The notes under the pieces: generated by a model | Told to the model about the DNA's origin: nothing | Databases searched by the model: none | Seen by the model: the letters and a program-made list of their open reading frames with translations, nothing else | Translations under genes and position numbers: made by a program | Origin: a virus | Lineage: Duplodnaviria > Caudoviricetes | DNA length: 42,113 nt | IMG/VR virus record: IMGVR_UViG_3300007541_000045 | Coordinates: 1 to 42,113 of that record | Direction: 5' to 3' (one strand) | Shown: one piece after another, positions 17,686-24,998 of the stretch | Position numbering within the stretch: position 1 is the first letter of the stretch | Layout: each line of letters starts with the position of its first letter

Positions 17686-17979
17686 TCACCATTTCACACG
17701 ATTGGCCCAGTATGCCGCAGACATCTTACCCTTGGCGATGTTCTTGGCATGTCGGGCCTTAAAGGAGGCACGCTTCTTCTTCATCTTATCTGATTCACCT
17801 GACTTAGGCTTGCCAGCAGTCTTAGCTCCTTGCTCACCAAAGCGAATGGTTTTAATCTGATCGCCTTGCTTAGCAACAACAATATGAGACTTCTTAGGAT
17901 GATTAGGAGTACGTTTTGGTTTGTTGTATCCAGATACACCAGCACGAGCTAGTCTAGGATCTTTCTTCTTACCAGCCAT
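17686..17979 (-). CDS. Conserved small basic phage protein, 97 aa
   Basis: KSHIVVAK...IRFGEQG...RASFKARH...SAAYWANRVKW pattern seen in aquatic phage proteins; TAATG coupling to the upstream ORF. Confidence 0.75.
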   Translation of the reverse strand: MAGKKKDPRLARAGVSGYNKPKRTPNHPKKSHIVVAKQGDQIKTIRFGEQGAKTAGKPKSGESDKMKKKRASFKARHAKNIAKGKMSAAYWANRVKW

Positions 17980-18107
17980 TACTTACCCTTTTTCGTTGTT
18001 TTTGCCTTATAGAATGTCACTTTATTACCAGACTTAGCCGCTTCCTTCTTGGCAGCAGCCATGCCCTTCTTGGTGTAGGAATAATGCTTCTTTCCGACTT
18101 GTGGCAT
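17979..18107 (-). CDS. Small basic protein, 42 aa (not in ORF track)
   Basis: MPQVGKKHYSYTKKGMAAAKKEAAKSGNKVTFYKAKTTKKGK; strong SD AGGAGG; stop overlaps the next ATG. Confidence 0.75.
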   Translation of the reverse strand: MPQVGKKHYSYTKKGMAAAKKEAAKSGNKVTFYKAKTTKKGK

Positions 18108-18110
18108 AGG

Positions 18111-18212
18111 TTAACCTCCTTGACGTTTAGCAGCCTTTGCTAGTTTAACATCCTTAGGACGTACTCTAGGAAGCTGCTTAGGATTAACGGGTTTCTTGCT
18201 TTGTTTTCTCAA
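18111..18212 (-). CDS. Possible 33-aa basic peptide (TTG start)
   Basis: (M)RKQSKKPVNPKQLPRVRPKDVKLAKAAKRQGG fills the gap with phage-like codons; AAGGA upstream. Confidence 0.4.
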   Translation of the reverse strand: MRKQSKKPVNPKQLPRVRPKDVKLAKAAKRQGG

Positions 18213-18405
18213 GGGCTGAAATCCTTAAATCATGTGAATGAAGTGTGTTATTGATATCATGAATTCTATCACGGTTCTTATCCGTTTCAGAAATCACATT
18301 ATCTAACTTTGCTTCGATTTGAGGTATTTTCCATACACGAGTAATGATGGTAGCAATACCACCAGCCAAGAGAACAAGAGCAAATTTAATAAATTCATCA
18401 TTCAT
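18184..18405 (-). CDS. Small membrane-anchored coiled-coil protein (lysis region)
   Basis: One N-terminal TM segment (FALVLLAGGIATII) followed by a heptad coiled coil; ATGA overlap with the holin. Confidence 0.65.
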   Translation of the reverse strand: MNDEFIKFALVLLAGGIATIITRVWKIPQIEAKLDNVISETDKNRDRIHDINNTLHSHDLRISALEKTKQETR

Positions 18406-18685
18406 GATCGTGCCCTCGCGATCGAAGAGCCACCAAGGTAAAAACCAGCGGCGGCCAGAAGAGCAGCACGAAGCTCAGGAAGAATAACAATTCCCCTGAG
18501 TTGTTCCCAGCCTCCGGTAAAGAGGCCGAGGAAGTCCCATGGGGCTCGCTCGGATTCGACCCAGACATCGACCCCGTAGAGGGCTCCGATGAAGGGGGCA
18601 ACTGCAAGTACCCAGAGGACGGTAAAGACGAGCACCCGCCGACCAACGTGACTACCACGCAGGTTAGCACGATCAGCGGAATCAT
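18398..18685 (-). CDS. Overprinted lipoprotein with C-terminal TM (u-spanin-like), about 95 aa
   Basis: +1 frame of the holin: MIPLIVLTCVVVTLVGG|CSSLP lipobox, Ser/Pro-rich linker, C-terminal LLFFLSFVLLFWPPLVFTLVAL. Holin third-codon positions switch to C/G across the linker. Confidence 0.5.
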   Translation of the reverse strand: MIPLIVLTCVVVTLVGGCSSLPSSGYLQLPPSSEPSTGSMSGSNPSEPHGTSSASLPEAGNNSGELLFFLSFVLLFWPPLVFTLVALRSRGHDHE

Positions 18686-18812
18686 CAGCCACAGCTTGCT
18701 TCTGCAAGAGTAGCTCAGTTGTCTTTTGTTGGTTTTCCAATGAGGCAGCCATAAAGCGAAAGACAAACCCCATTAGGCCACCGCCTAACATTGACAGAAG
18801 CTCTAGAGTCAT
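18402..18812 (-). CDS. Putative holin (3-TM type), 136 aa
   Basis: Three hydrophobic segments, C-terminal GFYLGGSS motif, SD GGGAG, upstream of the terminase genes as in T7. Confidence 0.65.
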   Translation of the reverse strand: MTLELLSMLGGGLMGFVFRFMAASLENQQKTTELLLQKQAVADDSADRANLRGSHVGRRVLVFTVLWVLAVAPFIGALYGVDVWVESERAPWDFLGLFTGGWEQLRGIVILPELRAALLAAAGFYLGGSSIARARS

Positions 18813-18846
18813 ACTTCAAATCTCCCATAAAGGGGCTCTAAGTTGT

Positions 18847-18886
18847 AATAAGAAGGCCGCCGGGGGACACAGCTCCCCCGACGACC
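18847..18886 (-). terminator. Intrinsic terminator
   Basis: GGUCGUCGGGGGA-GCUGUG-UCCCCCGGCGGCC followed by UUCUUAUU. Confidence 0.7.
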
Positions 18887-18898
18887 ACTATGAGGGTA

Positions 18899-19038
18899 GA
18901 TCGTCCGACGCTGCTGCCCGCAGGCACTCCGAAGAGTCCTGTGGCTGCTGCACTAGAAATGGCGTAACCGATACGTTCGCATTGTCTCCACGGCGGGAGG
19001 AGTTACCTATTTCTTCTGCATCAGCAGTGTTGGCGGTC
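18899..19038. ncRNA. Candidate structured RNA (multi-branched, about 140 nt)
   Basis: 17-bp closing stem (18899-18916/19022-19038), hairpin 18918-18944 and long stem 18949-18968/19002-19020 enclosing small hairpins. Intergenic; strand ambiguous. Confidence 0.55.
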
Positions 19039-19050
19039 CTAAGGTTAAAA

Positions 19051-20703
19051 TCAAGGCTGCGTAGGAATAGCCTTTTCTACAGCTGGATTGCTATATCGAG
19101 CTACAGCTCCACCTCCAGTAGGATGAGTAGCAGAGCTGGTATCAATTCCACCTGCCGAGGTAAAGGTATTCAGAGCAGCCACAAACTGACAAATATCTAG
19201 ATTTTCGGCTGGAGTACTTCCACCAGATCTTGAAAGACCAGAAACACCGACAACAAATCCATGCTGCCATGCAAAGATCATAAAATCTTTTAGTTCATCA
19301 AAGCTATACTGAGGAGCGTCCGTTAGGGTTCGCACCAAATATCCAGCATCAAAGATAATATGCTGCTCATGAATAGCTGGATTCCACCAAATGTTGTCTA
19401 TAAATCTTTTTCCATCTGAATCCCAATTATTTGTATCAGCATCTGTTGAATATTGCTCAGTTGTATAATAAGAAGGGAAAAATCCCCAGTGAGCGGCTAC
19501 TGAATACCTTTCATCAGGCACGCCGGATAATGATGTACCATCCCACGTAGTACCATAAGGATGGAATCGCTTATCGGCTCCTGTAAAAGTACTAGTCATT
19601 GGTGAAGCTTCAAACAGGAACGGAGTATCAGGATAAGCAGACTTTACAGCTTCAGCTGCTGCTGCTGTGTCATTAAACTCTTGGAAAGAATTACCAGACA
19701 CTCCCCATGTTAGTCCATTAAAGCCTAGGCTCTTAATGCCATTAACTTCATAATCCCAGAAGCCACGATCAAATCCATGTGCATCATTTGGCTTAACCCA
19801 TCGAAGGGAGCCAGTACTAGCCTGAAAATCCGTGGAGGCTGAGTAACGATCGTAGCCGCCATCATAATCAGGTAGAGCGTCTACAGCACTCTTGTTCGTG
19901 CTATAAGCGTAGACAGCAGGCCAATCCCACTGATGAAAGACTTGTACATCAGCCAAGGAATTAGAGTACTGATTAAGCTGATCAATAGCTCGCTGCCAAG
20001 CATCAATAGAATCTCCCTGAGTACCAGACGTTGTTCCATCAGAAGTAAATACCGTAGGAATCCATCCAGCATCTGGAACAAAACCTGGATCACTTGGGTC
20101 AACAGACCAGTCATCTACATCGGTACCATCTCCGTTTCCGCCCATAACAGCGTCATCAAGAGCGCGAGTAATAGTTCGATAATCACGGACATGGGATGCC
20201 TGCATTGTGCTATAGGAATTACAGTTATACCCCTTCACAGCATCTGCGCCTTTCTCACCTGATGTTCCTTGAGCTTCTTGAATACCACCAACATTAGCAT
20301 TCCAAGTAGCTCCAAAGTTTGTGATACCGCCAGAATTTGAAATAATATATCGAGCAATTCCCCCAGCCGCAGCATCCTGAAAGCCGCCATTATTAATAAA
20401 AGTAAGGCGACCATTATTAGCTGTAGTGGTATTATTTCCAGTTGTTCCAGTTTTAGACCAGTTTGGAAAAGTGCTAATACCCCATTGATCTGGGTTGGTT
20501 GTAATTGCGTATAGGTTAAGATAAATCGGACGGAGATCAGGAACATGAGGCACAATAACCGTAGCCGTAGCCTCCTCTTCCACACTGTGGACTCCAGAGG
20601 CTAGGGTTCCTGCTGTCTTGATCTTTTGGTTTACTTCAAAGTAGTCAGCAGCGATCTGCTTTGGATTCCCCGAGGGACTCGGGAAAGGAATAAAGTCTGT
20701 CAT
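19051..20703 (-). CDS. Putative virion-associated carbohydrate-binding or hydrolase-like protein, 550 aa
   Basis: In the tail block; SD AAGGAG; W/Y/D/G-rich; KSLGFNGLTWG...VKSAYPDTPFLFE resembles a TIM-barrel glycosidase pattern. Confidence 0.5.
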   Translation of the reverse strand: MTDFIPFPSPSGNPKQIAADYFEVNQKIKTAGTLASGVHSVEEEATATVIVPHVPDLRPIYLNLYAITTNPDQWGISTFPNWSKTGTTGNNTTTANNGRLTFINNGGFQDAAAGGIARYIISNSGGITNFGATWNANVGGIQEAQGTSGEKGADAVKGYNCNSYSTMQASHVRDYRTITRALDDAVMGGNGDGTDVDDWSVDPSDPGFVPDAGWIPTVFTSDGTTSGTQGDSIDAWQRAIDQLNQYSNSLADVQVFHQWDWPAVYAYSTNKSAVDALPDYDGGYDRYSASTDFQASTGSLRWVKPNDAHGFDRGFWDYEVNGIKSLGFNGLTWGVSGNSFQEFNDTAAAAEAVKSAYPDTPFLFEASPMTSTFTGADKRFHPYGTTWDGTSLSGVPDERYSVAAHWGFFPSYYTTEQYSTDADTNNWDSDGKRFIDNIWWNPAIHEQHIIFDAGYLVRTLTDAPQYSFDELKDFMIFAWQHGFVVGVSGLSRSGGSTPAENLDICQFVAALNTFTSAGGIDTSSATHPTGGGAVARYSNPAVEKAIPTQP

Positions 20704-20721
20704 AAGTATCTCCTTAGAGAG

Positions 20722-20762
20722 TAAGATGAAATCCTCTCCTCCAGCGGTAGCCGAAGGGAGGG
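20722..20762 (-). terminator. Intrinsic terminator (paralog of the one at 24925-24964)
   Basis: CCCUCCCUUCGGC-UACC-GCUGGAGGAGAGGA followed by UUUCAUCUU. Confidence 0.6.
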
Positions 20763-20772
20763 TAAGGGTTAA

Positions 20773-23322
20773 TTAAGTATATTCATACCTGATACCGGTA
20801 CCGCCTTCGAGATTAGTCGGCACATCCCAGCCGATATTTTCATCCTTCCTCGTGACTTCGGAAGTCCACGGGAATCCTGGGAATCCGTCAGTTTCATAGT
20901 GAGCGGCAAAACCACCGGACGGACCATCTGGACTCGGCAAGAATTTGTACCCGACTGCCGATTGCCAGTTTGCGGATGTTCCCCCTACATAGTGCCGCTG
21001 TCCATCTGTATTTTGGACGATATAGCAATCACGCAGCAGCGTTCGCTGTGCGCCGGTGTGGAATGGTGTCACATTACTATATGCAGTGCTTCCTGAGATA
21101 TATGGAGCTCCAACATAGTCCCCATATTGGAAAGAACAGTCTTCAATTAGCAGGCCATCGGATGATGTAGAAAGCATAAGGCTTCGCAAACCGATAATTT
21201 CATACCCGGTTGTCATGCCAGTAACCTCTCCGGTTGCATACTTTCCGTCGTAGTTGATGTTCAGATTCACGTTGCGAATAGAACAGGAGATTAGTCCGCC
21301 GTTGTCTCCCGGGGTCAAACCTTGGGATCTTGACCAGACATCATTCATACACTGCACATCATCCATGTAGATATTTACGAGAGGAAGTCTTCCAGCTGCA
21401 TTGTAGTCCGTACCAACTTGCATGATGTCACTATGGTTGATTCCCGGCAGCTGAATGCTATAGGACGACCCAGGAATAGCACCCGCAGCGATATAGGCGT
21501 TGTATGCGAACAACGGCACAGGCGTGTCCGGTGTAGTATTTCCGGGATCCCAGATGATCTTCATATTGGTCTCATCAGACTTAGCTAAATTGAAGAACAG
21601 TTTGTAATCACCGTAAGAACCCCCCAATGCCGATGTCACATTCAAACATGGAAAGAATGTATGATAAAAGTTTGCAGTAAGTGCGTTTCCCAATGGGTCT
21701 GTCGCACCGGGAGTCTGATCTAGTTGGAGTTCAGCAGTGCCGTCTGCTCTAACGGTAAGGCTAACGAGATCACCGCTGCCTCCACTAAGGGTGCCGATGA
21801 TTTCTGTTCCATCAACTGAATCTATCGTCCACGTGAAAGTTGTATTTCCGTCACAGGAGTAGCCAGGCACCAATGATTGATCACATCTTCCTCCGGTGCA
21901 GTTGACGACCGCACCACCTGTAAACACGTCGAACATTACGTACGATCTTCGTACGTTAATTTCAAATGACGAAGCCCATCGTGACTCCTGATATTTCACA
22001 TCACAATCTGTGACGAAAAACCCCTGCTCTACAGAGGGGTTACTAAGCAGGTAAAAGGTTCCCCATTCCGTTCCAAGCCCACGGCCAGCAAAGTCCGTGT
22101 CTTCATTCAAAGTCCAGGAAGCGTCGCCTCTCAATGAGGATACAAGGTCTGGCCTCCATTCCTCCTCAACAAGACACTGATCAAACCAGAGGGCGTTTCC
22201 CTTGACGCCGTTGAACATATGCCTGAATGTTCCAGCGCGCACATTATGACACACCGTTTTGAATTGGGCGTCACTAGCATTTATCTTGAATGAGACATTG
22301 CGGAAACATATCTGCGAGTTATTGCCCCTTCTTGGGAGACTCGTTCCGCCTTGGAGTGGATCAAAGTTTCCTTCAAGGCCGCCTTGTGTCCATCCTACGA
22401 TCCGACTATAGCTGGCCTGTGACGTCGTATTTTCCGATGTAACCTCGACCCACTTTGTTCCGAGGTTGTATCCCCAGTCGGCAGTGTCTGTCTCGAAGTA
22501 ATGGTCTCCGGATTTGAGGACAACACGACCGCCATTGGTGGCGGCTTCATAGATTCCCTTTGTAACGCTTTTGTATGGAGAACCAGTCGAACCGTCACCA
22601 GTTGAGTCACTACCAGTCTGGAAATCGACGAAGATGTCAGATTCCGCTGCACCGTTCTTTACGACGATCGTGTGTGTGTATTCTCCAGACCAAATACTGG
22701 AAAATCCAAACTTTCGTCGCCATTGTGACGATTCTCGCTGGTTGACCGTACTCAGTGATGCGTCTCTTGTGAAATGCGTCGGATACAAAGTTCCACCATA
22801 GGTGAGAGGATCAATCGCCTCGGCGTAGGCGTCCTTCCAAAGGTGCCTGATCCCATTCGTCCCATCATTCCATCTCGCATAAACAGCGGCCCGGAAATAC
22901 TGGATTCCGTCAGGCAGTGCCGTCGTATCGACGAGGCAGTGATACGCCAGTAGATTAGTTCCATATTTCGTCTGAGTAGTTTCTGATGTTGCGGTATGAA
23001 TTAGCGTCCAGTCATTAGGGTCGTCATTGACTAGATTGGCAACATCACCGCTAAACCGATAGAATTCAACCTTCTCGATTCCGGATGGCGTATTAGCTCC
23101 AACAGTGACGACCCACGAGGATCCAGATGCTTCTTCGTGTGGAACCGAAAGCCATCTCGCAGTGGGTTTGATCGGCGTGGCTGACGTACCGTCTCTTTCC
23201 ATGGTCATCCACGTATAGTCGTAGCCTTCGATCGGTACAGGGGAAGGAAATGCAAGCAAGGCCGAAGAAGAGCCAAGCTTAATCATAGGCTTTTGTGCCC
23301 CAATTTTACTTATACTTGTCAT
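20773..23322 (-). CDS. Tailspike/adhesin-like protein, Ig-like plus parallel beta-helix, about 849 aa; start revised
   Basis: SD AAGGGA before ATG 23322; GIEKVEFY Ig-like strand; IFVDFQTGSDSTGDGSTGSPYKSVTKGI...VVLKSGDH beta-helix cap motif; NHSDIMQ. Confidence 0.65.
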   Translation of the reverse strand: MTSISKIGAQKPMIKLGSSSALLAFPSPVPIEGYDYTWMTMERDGTSATPIKPTARWLSVPHEEASGSSWVVTVGANTPSGIEKVEFYRFSGDVANLVNDDPNDWTLIHTATSETTQTKYGTNLLAYHCLVDTTALPDGIQYFRAAVYARWNDGTNGIRHLWKDAYAEAIDPLTYGGTLYPTHFTRDASLSTVNQRESSQWRRKFGFSSIWSGEYTHTIVVKNGAAESDIFVDFQTGSDSTGDGSTGSPYKSVTKGIYEAATNGGRVVLKSGDHYFETDTADWGYNLGTKWVEVTSENTTSQASYSRIVGWTQGGLEGNFDPLQGGTSLPRRGNNSQICFRNVSFKINASDAQFKTVCHNVRAGTFRHMFNGVKGNALWFDQCLVEEEWRPDLVSSLRGDASWTLNEDTDFAGRGLGTEWGTFYLLSNPSVEQGFFVTDCDVKYQESRWASSFEINVRRSYVMFDVFTGGAVVNCTGGRCDQSLVPGYSCDGNTTFTWTIDSVDGTEIIGTLSGGSGDLVSLTVRADGTAELQLDQTPGATDPLGNALTANFYHTFFPCLNVTSALGGSYGDYKLFFNLAKSDETNMKIIWDPGNTTPDTPVPLFAYNAYIAAGAIPGSSYSIQLPGINHSDIMQVGTDYNAAGRLPLVNIYMDDVQCMNDVWSRSQGLTPGDNGGLISCSIRNVNLNINYDGKYATGEVTGMTTGYEIIGLRSLMLSTSSDGLLIEDCSFQYGDYVGAPYISGSTAYSNVTPFHTGAQRTLLRDCYIVQNTDGQRHYVGGTSANWQSAVGYKFLPSPDGPSGGFAAHYETDGFPGFPWTSEVTRKDENIGWDVPTNLEGGTGIRYEYT

Positions 23323-23335
23323 TGTATTGTTTCCC

Positions 23336-24367
23336 TTATGGGGTATAAGGTCCGTCGTAGTTTCTCCACGACGCAAAAGTTCCTGGGTCGTTTTCGTACT
23401 GGACGACAATGTCGCCGACTGCCCACCCGTCCGTGCCTTCGTTTACGGTTGTCAGGCGTTGCCCGGTACTATTGACACTCCAGGAGTTATATCTTACTGA
23501 CCATTGTTGTGCGGAGTCATCCCACACCGCATAGTAAACAGGGCCTTGCTGGGCCGACGAATACGATAGAACTGCGAAGTAACCGCCGATTGGTCCCATA
23601 AACGTCGCATCGTCTATATTCCCGCCGACACTGGCAGACGTAATCTCGATGATGAGCGGTACGGTGTTTCCAAACCCTGTGCTGGTGATCTGAAAAACAC
23701 CAGAGTGATTGGTATCCCAATCAGGACCAGCAGCCGCCACGGTAACAGCAAGGGCATCCGACGCCGGGCTATCGCTAGCCGTGGCCGAGCTCACCGTACA
23801 GGTAACAGTAAAGCTACCAGAGGTAGAGAAGGTGATGTCCGTAGTAGCCGCCGTAGGAGTAGCGATCGTTGCGCTGCCGTCCGTGGTAGTCCACAGGTAG
23901 GTAGCATCGGTAGCATCGCCATCGAAGGCAGCGGAGTAGGACTCAGCCACGCCCTCAGTGGGTGCTGCGGAGCCAGTAACCGTAACCGTACCAATGGTTG
24001 TGCTAGAGCCAGCCGTAAGGTTGACACTCTGCTGAGTGGTCGTCGTTAGGTTGGTACCAGTGGACGAGGTGATGTCCGCACCAGTACCGGAATAGGCCAT
24101 CTTGGCGATGACCGTAGTATTGCTAGTGATCTCAACGGTGAGGCTATGGTCAGGCTCGGTGGACTCAGCGAATGCACCGCCACCTACGCTATACCAGATA
24201 GCGATATCACCGGGAATGTCAAAGAGGGTAGTATCAAAGGCTGGGGTTACCTTCCACGTGGCAGAGCCACCGGCAGGAACCTCCTGATCAACAACCCAGT
24301 TATCAGTAAGCGAGAAGACTAGGTTGTTTCCGTCGCCTACTACAAGATTAAAAGGTCCAGTAGACAT
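23336..24367 (-). CDS. Ig/PKD-domain virion protein, 343 aa
   Basis: Thr/Ser/Ala-rich; TYLWTT...TDITFSTSGSFTVTCTVS PKD-like strands; SD GGAGG. Confidence 0.65.
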   Translation of the reverse strand: MSTGPFNLVVGDGNNLVFSLTDNWVVDQEVPAGGSATWKVTPAFDTTLFDIPGDIAIWYSVGGGAFAESTEPDHSLTVEITSNTTVIAKMAYSGTGADITSSTGTNLTTTTQQSVNLTAGSSTTIGTVTVTGSAAPTEGVAESYSAAFDGDATDATYLWTTTDGSATIATPTAATTDITFSTSGSFTVTCTVSSATASDSPASDALAVTVAAAGPDWDTNHSGVFQITSTGFGNTVPLIIEITSASVGGNIDDATFMGPIGGYFAVLSYSSAQQGPVYYAVWDDSAQQWSVRYNSWSVNSTGQRLTTVNEGTDGWAVGDIVVQYENDPGTFASWRNYDGPYTP

Positions 24368-24379
24368 AAGAACCTCCTA

Positions 24380-24898
24380 TCAAGCCGCAGGATAAGTGGT
24401 GGTGACATGGTTAACAAAATCGGTAAACGTCGCGGTAGGGTTCGCTCGGAAGAAGTCAGCCAAAGCTTCCATTTCCGTACGGCCATCGGTAATGACAAAG
24501 AGCTTCTTACCGTCATTGGCATCCTGAGTACGAGTGTCGTACTGAGCTTGAGTCAGAGCAATGACATCGACAATAGATCCAGCAGCAACATCACCGCTGC
24601 TGGTTGTCAGCGCATCGCTACTAACGTAGTTCTCGTCATTAGTAAGATCTGAGATATTGTCACCCGGCTGAACAGATGTGGTAGCCAAGGAACCTTGAGC
24701 GGCAGTTGCATAATCGGCTGCAGCAGTCGTAGCTGCGGTTCCAAGACCAAGATCAGCTTCGATCTTATCCGAAAGGGCTGCCACAGTAAGCTTACCAGTA
24801 GTGCCAGCAGTGGTATCCCAAACTGCCACAAGATCCGTATCCTGAACATCGGAACCAAGATCAACAAGTTCTGAAATGTTTCTATCGTTTGCGGCCAT
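24380..24898 (-). CDS. Short tail-fibre/adaptor protein, 172 aa
   Basis: NISEL N-terminal motif; LGLGTAATTAAADYATAAQG, ISDLTND and LTQAQYD...LFVITD fibre motifs; SD AAGGAG. Confidence 0.7.
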   Translation of the reverse strand: MAANDRNISELVDLGSDVQDTDLVAVWDTTAGTTGKLTVAALSDKIEADLGLGTAATTAAADYATAAQGSLATTSVQPGDNISDLTNDENYVSSDALTTSSGDVAAGSIVDVIALTQAQYDTRTQDANDGKKLFVITDGRTEMEALADFFRANPTATFTDFVNHVTTTYPAA

Positions 24899-24924
24899 AG
24901 TAAATCTCCTTATGAGAAATAGTT

Positions 24925-24964
24925 AAAGTAAAAGTCCTACCCCCAGCGGCAGCCAAGGGTAGGG
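24925..24964 (-). terminator. Intrinsic terminator
   Basis: CCCUACCCUUGGC-UGCC-GCUGGGGGUAGGA followed by CUUUUACUUU. Confidence 0.7.
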
Positions 24965-24998
24965 TTAGGGTTAGCCATAAAACAAATTTGTCGTTAAT

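Noticed and set aside
18961-19010. Possible HDV-like/theta or twister ribozyme (UCCUCCCGC...GCGAA on minus)
   Set aside because: P1, P1.1 and P2 could not be built in the required nested order.
23323-23409. N-terminal extension of the 878-aa ORF
   Set aside because: It overlaps the upstream gene; ATG 23322 with an SD right after that gene's stop is more plausible.
24956-24974. Telomere-like GGGTAGGGTTAGGGTTAG / G-quadruplex
   Set aside because: Only three G-tracts; explained by the terminator stem and its paralog near 20756.
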